NCBI RefSeq assembly: GCF_050290165.1
Contig: NZ_JBNKHD010000003.1
Location: 85,752 to 149,751 of the forward strand
Origin: Tenacibaculum sp.
GTDB taxonomy: Bacteria > Bacteroidota > Bacteroidia > Flavobacteriales > Flavobacteriaceae
Direction: 5' to 3'
Length of the DNA stretch: 64,000 nt
Shown: piece by piece, positions 39,531-47,581 of the stretch
Layout of the letters: each line of letters opens with the position of its first letter
Numbering within the stretch: position 1 is the first letter of the stretch
Translations under genes and position numbers: made by a program
The notes under the pieces: model-generated
Databases searched by the model: none
Seen by the model: the letters and a program-made list of their open reading frames with translations, nothing else
Told to the model about the DNA's origin: nothing

Positions 39531-40487
39531 ATGAAAAAAGTATCCCTTAACAACACTTGGTTCTTTGCAATAATTCCAATTGGAATCTTCATTTTTGTAG
39601 CACTTCCACAGTTACAAAATACTTATGAATCGTTTCATAAAAGAGAAATGGAAATGCAACAGAGTATGCGAGAACTAGATTCATTGCAACAGCTTACAAA
39701 TCCTACAAGAAAAGATTTAAACAACATTAAGCGTCTTGAAATTAGTGTTCCAATTCATCAGTTAAGCATAGAAAAACAGCGATATATTTACTATAAAACA
39801 GGAGGAATGCTAGCTGTATTAGCTTTTATGTTTATCGGTATGTTTGGCTCTAGTTATTGGGCACAAAGAAAGAAAAAATCATCAAGTAATAAACAAATAG
39901 AATTTTCTTTTGGTGACTTTACAACCGATGCCATTGGGCAACATATTTCTTGGAATGCACTTAAAGGTTCAGGGAGCAATTTTTTAAGTGAACGATTACG
40001 AAAAACAGCTTTTGGATACAAAATTACTTCCAGTTCATATATGAAGTTTGTAGCTTGGAGTTTCTTTTTAATGGGTTTAAACTATGTAGCTTGGTCATTT
40101 ATAGAGTTTTTTGAGTTTTCAAAAGAACCCTTAACATTTATGCATGGTGGAAAATTATTTTTTACTTCAGGAGGCTCTTTTTTATTAGTGGGAGGATTTT
40201 TATTGACTTCTTTTGGAGCTACCACCTATATAAACTCACAAAAAAGAAAAGTTTTAGTTGATGGTAAAACAATACCTTTTCAACAATTATACGCCTTACA
40301 AGTATTGTCAAAATTTGTAGAAGGCAATAAGTCTGGAGGTTACTACTGTTATGAGTTAAATGTAGTAACTCAACAAGGAGAACGTTATAACTTATTAAAT
40401 CATGGAGATAAAGAGTATTTGTTGAGTGATATGGTGAAAATAAGTAGGCTTTTAAAGATTCCTGTGTGGAATAGAAATGTGGCGTAA
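39531..40487 (+). CDS. Hypothetical multi-pass membrane protein
   Basis: About 4 TM segments and a C-terminal soluble domain (YELNVVTQQGERYNLLNHGD). ATG at 39531 is preferred over the TTG at 39507. Confidence 0.7.
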   Translation: MKKVSLNNTWFFAIIPIGIFIFVALPQLQNTYESFHKREMEMQQSMRELDSLQQLTNPTRKDLNNIKRLEISVPIHQLSIEKQRYIYYKTGGMLAVLAFMFIGMFGSSYWAQRKKKSSSNKQIEFSFGDFTTDAIGQHISWNALKGSGSNFLSERLRKTAFGYKITSSSYMKFVAWSFFLMGLNYVAWSFIEFFEFSKEPLTFMHGGKLFFTSGGSFLLVGGFLLTSFGATTYINSQKRKVLVDGKTIPFQQLYALQVLSKFVEGNKSGGYYCYELNVVTQQGERYNLLNHGDKEYLLSDMVKISRLLKIPVWNRNVA

Positions 40488-40546
40488 AGAAATTTTAAAG
40501 ATTTAGTAAACTTTTACTAATTTACACTCAAATAATAAAAAGGGGT

Positions 40547-41740
40547 TTGGTAAAAAATTTGTCGTGTAAAAAAAGAGTATCTAATGCGTGCTATTTTTCT
40601 TCGGTTGATGATATTGCTGAAGAAGTTTGGCAAGAACTTCAGTGTGAAGGTAATTTGTACTTTCAGCCAAAATATTTAGCAGCTTTAGAAAAAGGGAATC
40701 CACAAATACAGTTTGCTTATGTTTTACTGTTAGATGATGCTAAGAAAGCAGTAGCATTGGCTACAATTCAAGTAATCGATTTTCATTTAGATAGTGTTCA
40801 AAACAATTTACAATCAGTTGTTGAATGGGTTAGGTGCATGGGAAGAAGATTACACTTGCTATCATCACAAAAACCGTTTAAAATACTTACCTGCGGAAAT
40901 ACTTTTGTAAGTGGAGAGCACGGAATTTTTATCAAGTCTGATCAAGATAAAAAACAAATAGTACAACAACTTGCCAAGGCAATTGTAGCTTTTGAAAAAG
41001 ATATTTCAGAAGAACCTATTGATGCTTTTATGTTGAAAGATTTTGTCAATGAATCGCTTTTTATAACGGATACTTTATACGATGTAAGTTATAATTCGTT
41101 TAATGTAGATCCTAATATGGTATTAACACTAGGAGATGATTGGGATACATTTGATGATTATTTAGCCGTTTTAAAAACAAAATTTAGGGTAAAAGCCAGA
41201 AAAGCGATAAAACAAAGTGCTCATTTGCGAATTGAAGATGTTCAAATTGATGAGATAGCGCAATTATTGCCTAAAATGACGTTATTGTATAAGACAGTAT
41301 CCAACAAAGCGAGTTTTAATTTAGGGGATTTTAATTTAGAGACCTATAAGTTTTTAAAGGAAAACTTGAAAGAAAATTATTTTATTAGAGCGTATTGGTT
41401 GGAGGATAAGTTGGTAGGTTTTCTATCAGGAATCATGAATCAGAACTCATTGGATGCACATTTTGTTGGAATAGATTATCAATATAACAAGACCTATGCA
41501 ATTTATCAGAGAATGTTGTACGATTATATTTCTTTAGCAATAGAGCAAAAGGTAAAGATGATAAACTTTGGTAGAACAGCAAGTGAGATAAAAAGTTCAG
41601 TAGGAGCGGTTCCTCAAGATTTAACTATTTATTTGCGTCATAAAAAGAGCATACCTAATAGAATCTTAAGCTTATTTTTAAAACGAATTCAACCTACAGA
41701 GTTCAGTTTAAAAAAACCTTTTAAACTAGAAGTAGTATAA
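40547..41740 (+). CDS. GNAT/FemAB-like two-lobed acyl- or aminoacyl-transferase
   Basis: 397 aa with FDDYLAVLKTKFRVKARK, HFVGIDY, IYQRMLYD and NFGRTASEIK, typical of Fem-like GNAT proteins. Confidence 0.65.
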   Translation: MVKNLSCKKRVSNACYFSSVDDIAEEVWQELQCEGNLYFQPKYLAALEKGNPQIQFAYVLLLDDAKKAVALATIQVIDFHLDSVQNNLQSVVEWVRCMGRRLHLLSSQKPFKILTCGNTFVSGEHGIFIKSDQDKKQIVQQLAKAIVAFEKDISEEPIDAFMLKDFVNESLFITDTLYDVSYNSFNVDPNMVLTLGDDWDTFDDYLAVLKTKFRVKARKAIKQSAHLRIEDVQIDEIAQLLPKMTLLYKTVSNKASFNLGDFNLETYKFLKENLKENYFIRAYWLEDKLVGFLSGIMNQNSLDAHFVGIDYQYNKTYAIYQRMLYDYISLAIEQKVKMINFGRTASEIKSSVGAVPQDLTIYLRHKKSIPNRILSLFLKRIQPTEFSLKKPFKLEVV

Positions 41741-41771
41741 AGAAATAAAACCTCTTTATTGTAATTAATAC

Positions 41772-42641
41772 ATGAAAAACACACAAGAATTATTAAATAT
41801 ACTTACCCTTGATGATATAGGAAATGGTAATTTTAATGGAGTAAGTAGAGATATAGGAAGCCCGAATGTTTTTGGTGGACAAGTACTGGCACAAGCATTA
41901 AATGCAGCATATAGAACAACCCCAGAAGAACGTATTTTACACTCATTACATTCGTATTTTTTAGAAGCAGGAAACTTAGAGTTGCCAATTACGTATAATG
42001 TACAAACAATTCGTGATGGAGGTAGTTTTTCTACCCGAAGAGTTACTGCACACCAAAAGGATAAAACTATTTTTATTCTGGCTTGTTCTTTTCATAAAAG
42101 GGAAGAAGGATATGAGCATCAAATGCCCATCAAAAAAGACATAAGACAGCCTGAAGAATTGTTGAGTTGGACAGATATGTTAGATAGATTTGGTGATTTT
42201 TTACCAAAAAAGATGAAAGCTTTTTTAAGTATAGAACGCCCAATAGATTTTAAACCGGTACAACCAGGAAATCCGCTTGAAAGAAAAGATTTGCCACCAG
42301 TTGTTGATGTTTGGTTTAAATTAAAAGGAGAAGCGAGGGACTTACCATTATCAATTAAGCAACAAATCTTAACGTACATTTCAGACTATAATATTTTAAC
42401 TGCTTGTTTAAATCCAAATGCAAGTGTAGCTAATTTTGGAAATACACAAATGGCAAGCTTAGACCACTCCATGTGGTTTTACCGTGATTTTGATTTTGAT
42501 GATTGGATGTTGTTCTCGGTTGAAAGCCCCAATACTTATGGCGCTCGAGGTTTTGCTTGTGGAAATATTTATACAAGAAAGGGTGAGCTTATAGCTTCGG
42601 TAGCTCAAGAAGGTTTAATGAGACCGATGAAAAAGAAGTAG
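41772..42641 (+). CDS. tesB: Acyl-CoA thioesterase II
   Basis: VFGGQVLAQAL, HSLHSYFL, RDGGSFSTRRV, YISDY, ASLDHSMWF and QEGLMR. Confidence 0.93.
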   Translation: MKNTQELLNILTLDDIGNGNFNGVSRDIGSPNVFGGQVLAQALNAAYRTTPEERILHSLHSYFLEAGNLELPITYNVQTIRDGGSFSTRRVTAHQKDKTIFILACSFHKREEGYEHQMPIKKDIRQPEELLSWTDMLDRFGDFLPKKMKAFLSIERPIDFKPVQPGNPLERKDLPPVVDVWFKLKGEARDLPLSIKQQILTYISDYNILTACLNPNASVANFGNTQMASLDHSMWFYRDFDFDDWMLFSVESPNTYGARGFACGNIYTRKGELIASVAQEGLMRPMKKK

Positions 42642-42660
42642 AAGTTCGTATATATGAAAT

Positions 42661-42691
42661 AAAAAAGCCGAGTTTAAAACTCGGCTTTTTT
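42661..42691. terminator. Bidirectional intrinsic terminator
   Basis: AAAAAAGCCGAGTTT-A-AAACTCGGCTTTTTT. Confidence 0.85.
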
Positions 42692-42702
42692 ATGTTGTTT
42701 GA

Positions 42703-44964
42703 TTAAGCTTCTATTTCAACAGCTTTTGTGCTTATATGAAATTCTTGGTAAGTTTCTAATAAACTCATCAATCCAGAAACTAAATCTTGTGTTTCAATCA
42801 AAATACTAAAGTATAAAGTAGTATTTTTAGGACTTGTTTCATCTGTTCTAATTCGTTCTACTTGTTTTTCAATAGACTTTGATACATCTTTTAATAATTC
42901 TTTCTTCTCGTTAATGATATGTTCTAAATTATCAAAACTTCTAGCCTCAAAAGTATTACTAATATCATCTAATAATTTAGAAAGGGTGTTGTCAATACTT
43001 TTTAGGTCTTTAATTTGTCCTTTTTTAAGGTTTTTATGATTGTTATTTACGTGCTTGTAGGTAGCTCTAGAAATATAACTAATAGATTGTGCTACGTCTT
43101 GTAAATACCCTAAAATTAAAATATAGAACCTACTTGCTTGTACCGAAGTATCATCTAGAGATTTAATGAAATAGAATACACCATCTTTCAAGCTATCAAT
43201 TTCATCATTTAATTTGGTAACATGCTTATCCGTTTTACGCAATTTTACTAAATCGTGTGTAGCCAAATCATTAACAACACTTGAATATAATTTGTTAACA
43301 CGTTGTGCTACCCCTGCGATATGATCAGAACTTTCTTCAATTACTCCATTAATAGTAATTAACTCAGCTCTTTCCATGTGAATTTGCTTCTTTTCTTCTT
43401 TAGATTTTCTTCTGTGTATTAAGGTGTTTCTTCCAATTAAAAGCGCAACTACTAATAACAACACAGGAATCATTGTTTTATCCCAACTAATTAAATAAGC
43501 TACCACAGCTGAAGCAACGAATGCTACAAAAGCGGTTAAAAACCATCCTCCAATTACATTGATTACACCAGCAACTCTATACACAGCACTTTCACGTCCC
43601 CAAGCTCTATCAGCCAAAGAGGTACCCATTGCTACCATGAAAGTTACATAAGTAGTTGATAAAGGTAACTTCATTGAAGTTGCAATAGATATTAAAATAC
43701 CAGCAACAATTAAGTTAACCGAAGCTCTTACTAAATCGAAAGCAGGCATTTCATAAGTTTTGTCTTTAGGTAGTTCAATTACTGGTTTTTGAAATTTAGA
43801 GTCGATAAAAGCTAAAGTTTTCTTAGGAAAAATAGCATTGATACCTAAATTAATTCCCATTGAAGTTCTAACAACAACTCTTGATAATGGGTTTGGTTGA
43901 AACTTCTCATGTCCATCACCTTGACGTGATAAATCAATTCCTGTTTTAATTACGTTTCTTGCTTTGCTAGAAGTCCATAAAGTAACTACCATAATGGCTC
44001 CTGCTAATAAAAGTAACCATACATTAGAAGGTACTTTTTTAGCTAATATTCCCATTGAAAAGGCGTCAGCAGCTACTCCTGAAACTTCCCAGGCTTGGTA
44101 TGAGTTCCATGCTGCGATTGGTACCCCAATAAAGTTTACTAAGTCATTTCCTGAGAATGCCATTGCCAACGAGAAAGTACCAACTCCAATAATTACTTTT
44201 AAAATATTAACTTTAAAAAATTGGATTAAGACTTGTGATATAGCACTCCAGAAAACAAATCCTCCTGCAATAATAATTAAGGTATTACCTTCAATTAAGT
44301 GCTTTAAATCTTTATAAAAAGGAGTTCCTTTTAATCCTTTTACGAAGATAAAATAGGTAATTGCAGTAATTGCAAAACCACCAAACAAAGCGTTGATATA
44401 AGAAGCCCTTTTTTCGAAATTAAAAGAATAAATTAAACGAGAAAAGAACTGTACAATAGCTCCAACAGAAAAGGCAACTACTACCGAAAGGAGAATACCA
44501 TTTATAATTTGAATGGCTTTTTTATGGTTGATATAATTCCAAATATCTGAAATAGACTGCGAATCATTAGCCGCAATTTTAATAAACGAAATACATACTG
44601 CAGCTCCTAATAATTCAAAAACGATAGATACCGTTGTTGAAGTAGGCATTCCTAATGAGTTAAAGATATCTAGTAATAAAATGTCTGTAATCATTACTGC
44701 CATAAAAATGAACATGATGTCTTGGAACATGAACATGCTCGGGTTAAAAATACCCTTACGAGCAACTTCCATCATACCGCTTGATGTTACAGCTCCCAAG
44801 AAAACTCCAACACTAGCAATTATCATAATATTTCTTACTTTAATTGCTTTAGAACCGATTGCTGAATTTAAAAAGTTAACAGCATCGTTACTAACTCCCA
44901 CAACTAAGTCAACAACAGCTAAAACAGCTAAAGCGACTAACATCAAAATATATGGATCTCCCAT
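42703..44964 (-). CDS. Inorganic phosphate transporter (PiT/PHO4) with C-terminal PhoU-like helical domain
   Basis: Duplicated PiT signature (GVSNDAVN; FSGNDLVN), PTSTT / PLSTT, and a soluble helical C-terminus. Confidence 0.85.
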   Translation of the reverse strand: MGDPYILMLVALAVLAVVDLVVGVSNDAVNFLNSAIGSKAIKVRNIMIIASVGVFLGAVTSSGMMEVARKGIFNPSMFMFQDIMFIFMAVMITDILLLDIFNSLGMPTSTTVSIVFELLGAAVCISFIKIAANDSQSISDIWNYINHKKAIQIINGILLSVVVAFSVGAIVQFFSRLIYSFNFEKRASYINALFGGFAITAITYFIFVKGLKGTPFYKDLKHLIEGNTLIIIAGGFVFWSAISQVLIQFFKVNILKVIIGVGTFSLAMAFSGNDLVNFIGVPIAAWNSYQAWEVSGVAADAFSMGILAKKVPSNVWLLLLAGAIMVVTLWTSSKARNVIKTGIDLSRQGDGHEKFQPNPLSRVVVRTSMGINLGINAIFPKKTLAFIDSKFQKPVIELPKDKTYEMPAFDLVRASVNLIVAGILISIATSMKLPLSTTYVTFMVAMGTSLADRAWGRESAVYRVAGVINVIGGWFLTAFVAFVASAVVAYLISWDKTMIPVLLLVVALLIGRNTLIHRRKSKEEKKQIHMERAELITINGVIEESSDHIAGVAQRVNKLYSSVVNDLATHDLVKLRKTDKHVTKLNDEIDSLKDGVFYFIKSLDDTSVQASRFYILILGYLQDVAQSISYISRATYKHVNNNHKNLKKGQIKDLKSIDNTLSKLLDDISNTFEARSFDNLEHIINEKKELLKDVSKSIEKQVERIRTDETSPKNTTLYFSILIETQDLVSGLMSLLETYQEFHISTKAVEIEA

Positions 44965-44989
44965 TTTTTAGTATTTAATTTAAGTTTTG

Positions 44990-45034
44990 CAAATTTACTT
45001 ACACAAGAATGCTCTTATGTTATGTTTATGTTAT
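44990..45034 (-). promoter_or_regulatory. Promoter (-7 TAAATTTG) with 11-bp-period ATAACA direct repeats (Pho-box-like)
   Basis: CAAATTTA at 44990-97; TGTTAT at 45018 and 45029. Confidence 0.5.
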
Positions 45035-45038
45035 CATT

Positions 45039-46241
45039 TTAGAAATGAATATCTACTTGTAATCGATACATTAATTGGTTTGCAGCCGTTGGTATATCTA
45101 AATAACTAACATCGGTTTGAATCTTTAATTTATGTCCGACAATGTATTTTGATAACCCTAATGTATATTGATTTTCAATGTCTTTTCCTGTAATGTTTTT
45201 GTCCAATGCAATATTGGTATAACGCCCTGTTACTTCCCAGTTTTTAGCAAATAAATATCCCGATTGAAGGTTTAATCCACTTCCTACTTGTACTACATCA
45301 CCCGTTGGAGTTCCATCAGAGTTTTTTGCAATAGGGTCTTTGGCATCTCTATAAGCATATTCCCCCATAAAAGAAAAACCTTTGTATTTAAACATGGCGT
45401 CGGCAAATATAGTAGTTATATTCGTTTCATAGTACCCAATATCATTTACCATGTAGGTACCTTGGTTACTTCTGTTTTTAACAGCATTATTGTTAAAATC
45501 GTAACTAGTACCTATGGCAAGCTTAGGAGTTTGTTCTCTTTTTAAATCACCTCCTTTATAATCTCCACCTCCTTCAAAATTACCAAAGGGTAAAAATTCT
45601 AAACGAGCGGTATATTGGTGTCCGCCAAGGTTTCCTACAGTAACATTTCTTCCTTCACCTTGTGCAAAAGAGAATGCTTCACGAACAATAAACTTATCTG
45701 ATAAATTAAAATGGTGTCTTAATTGTAAGCCCATGTCTCTATCAATATTAAATCTGCTGTTTAGTAAAGATCGGTCAACAAGTTGCATGTTAGCTGAAGA
45801 TATAACGCGTTCGCGGTTACCTGGTAGTTTAGTTTGTCCAAACCACAGTTCAAAATTTTGATGAAAATTCCATTTTACAACGGCATCTAAAATATATCTT
45901 GGAGCATTTCCAGTATGTTCTGAAGCTCCACTAATATCTTTATTAGATAAGCCAAGTTCTAATTTGTATTTTAATTTAGGCGAAAGCACAAACCCGTCAA
46001 ATTTTAAACGGGCTCTTCTTACAAGCATTGATGAGGATGGATTGTATAATCCTTCTTTGTTAGAATCCCATTCAGCAGTAGCTAAAAATTGTACTCTAGC
46101 CCCCATGTTCATAGACCATGTGCTATCTTTTCCTATTAGGTTAAATAAACCTTTACCAAATTTTGGAGAGTTAGTTTGCTGTGCATTTGTATATGAAAAT
46201 ACAAACATACTTACTATGGTAAGTACTGTTTTACAGTTCAT
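45039..46241 (-). CDS. Phosphate-selective porin (OprO/OprP family)
   Basis: Signal peptide, RRARLKFDGF, FGQTKLPGNRERVISS, DRS, DRDMG and C-terminal Phe; upstream of the PiT gene. Confidence 0.8.
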   Translation of the reverse strand: MNCKTVLTIVSMFVFSYTNAQQTNSPKFGKGLFNLIGKDSTWSMNMGARVQFLATAEWDSNKEGLYNPSSSMLVRRARLKFDGFVLSPKLKYKLELGLSNKDISGASEHTGNAPRYILDAVVKWNFHQNFELWFGQTKLPGNRERVISSANMQLVDRSLLNSRFNIDRDMGLQLRHHFNLSDKFIVREAFSFAQGEGRNVTVGNLGGHQYTARLEFLPFGNFEGGGDYKGGDLKREQTPKLAIGTSYDFNNNAVKNRSNQGTYMVNDIGYYETNITTIFADAMFKYKGFSFMGEYAYRDAKDPIAKNSDGTPTGDVVQVGSGLNLQSGYLFAKNWEVTGRYTNIALDKNITGKDIENQYTLGLSKYIVGHKLKIQTDVSYLDIPTAANQLMYRLQVDIHF

Positions 46242-46287
46242 TAGAATATCGTTATTAGTTTTTGTCGCGGCAAATAACTAACACTAA

Positions 46288-46315
46288 TGTTAAGTTAGTG
46301 TTAATTGAATATTAA
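46288..46315 (-). promoter_or_regulatory. Three 11-bp-period TTAACA/TTAATA direct repeats (Pho-box-like)
   Basis: + strand TGTTAA at 46288, TGTTAA at 46299 and TATTAA at 46310, upstream of the porin start. Confidence 0.55.
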
Positions 46316-46342
46316 AAAACTGCCTTAGAAAAAGGCAGTTTT
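46314..46342 (-). terminator. Intrinsic terminator after the metallophosphoesterase gene
   Basis: AAAACTGCCTT-AGAAA-AAGGCAGTTTT with a U-tract on the minus strand. Confidence 0.7.
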
Positions 46343-46502
46343 AGGTAAGTCAAATAAATAGTCGACAAAAACTAATAAATTTATAATGACTGTACATCCT
46401 CTAGTAGAGGGAAGTCAAAATTACTGGCTTTTTCCGATACTAATATTAAGTGTAATTTAACAAACTGTTACCAAGGTAAATTTTAAGTTAACTTGGAGGG
46501 AG

Positions 46503-47390
46503 CTATATATAATCTGCTATTTTTTCTGGTCCTTCTAAAATGGTTCGCACAATTTGCATGGTTCCATTTTTATTTGTGATTAAATGCCACTTAATGAGTG
46601 TTATTTCATTGTTTTCAATTTCGAGACCAGTAATACATCTTGGATGCACGCAACTGCCATCATTAAAATGAGGCAATTCTTCGCATGAAGGAAACCTTGG
46701 ACGATGCGTATGACCAGTAACAATCATTTGACGATTGTTTTTTTGAATCCATTTTTCTAATCGGTGTTCTACTTTTATTAGTCCTTTAAAGTTTTTTGCG
46801 GGGCTCGTAGGATCTTTAATCCCGTATATTTGAAGTGGGCGCCATAAAAAGCGAACTAAAAACCGGCTGAGTTTCCAAAAAGTATAATTAAACCAATCAG
46901 CTTGGTGACCGTGGAGTAGAAAGATTGATTTTCCGTCATGTTGAACTAATCGAATAGCTTCTGAAAAGGAAGCGTTAGGTAACAATTCTTTTTCTTTTCC
47001 ATCGATAGTGTCGAGATAAGTACTTAGGTTTTTTGTTACATTTTTAGGGTTTTTATAATCCATATCATGGTTTCCCCAAATAAAATGTAGTTTGTTTTGC
47101 TGGTAAAATTCTTTAAGTAATAAGTAAATATCTTTATTAGCATTAAAAATGTTTTCAAATTTGTTTTCCCATAGTTCATCACCATCGCCTAATTCTATAT
47201 AGGTAAATTCTTTTTGAAGATATTGAGATAGGGCATAATGGTATATTTTTCTATTATGCACAAAATCATCGGCAAAACTACTATCACCTCGATGACAATC
47301 AGAAAATATAATGTATCTAGACTTTTCGTTAAAAGGTAACTTTTTCGCTTCTCTAAAAGCTTTACTGATTCTACTGTTTGAAGAAAACAT
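46503..47390 (-). CDS. Calcineurin-like metallophosphoesterase (LpxH-like subgroup)
   Basis: FSDCH, LGDGDE, WGNHD, LHGH and GHTH. ATG at 47390 is preferred over the ORF-track start at 47438. Confidence 0.85.
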   Translation of the reverse strand: MFSSNSRISKAFREAKKLPFNEKSRYIIFSDCHRGDSSFADDFVHNRKIYHYALSQYLQKEFTYIELGDGDELWENKFENIFNANKDIYLLLKEFYQQNKLHFIWGNHDMDYKNPKNVTKNLSTYLDTIDGKEKELLPNASFSEAIRLVQHDGKSIFLLHGHQADWFNYTFWKLSRFLVRFLWRPLQIYGIKDPTSPAKNFKGLIKVEHRLEKWIQKNNRQMIVTGHTHRPRFPSCEELPHFNDGSCVHPRCITGLEIENNEITLIKWHLITNKNGTMQIVRTILEGPEKIADYI

Positions 47391-47581
47391 GTATACTAAT
47401 TTTACTAGATAAAGATGCATAAAAAATAAATAAAACACTGAATTTCTATAAACTTACTGAGAATACATTTTGAAATTAAGTTTATGGGTAAGTAAGATGT
47501 TAAAATACTTAAGTGTGTTATAATGTTAATTTTTAATAACTTACGTAAAAATTTAAAAACTAACTTTAATACCCTTCAAAA

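Noticed and set aside
19233-47438. ORF-track start codons at 19233, 25811, 32090, 39507 and 47438
   Set aside because: Starts at 19233 and 25811 lie inside an upstream terminator or -7 element; 39507 and 32090 lie in a near-consensus -7 element or the intergenic hairpin; 47438 adds an implausible N-terminal extension. Downstream ATGs (19296, 25844, 32132, 39531, 47390) give family-typical N-termini.
47498-47529. TGTTAA/TGTTAT words upstream of the M28 peptidase and metallophosphoesterase as another Pho box
   Set aside because: Spacings are 18 and 8 nt, not the 11-bp period.
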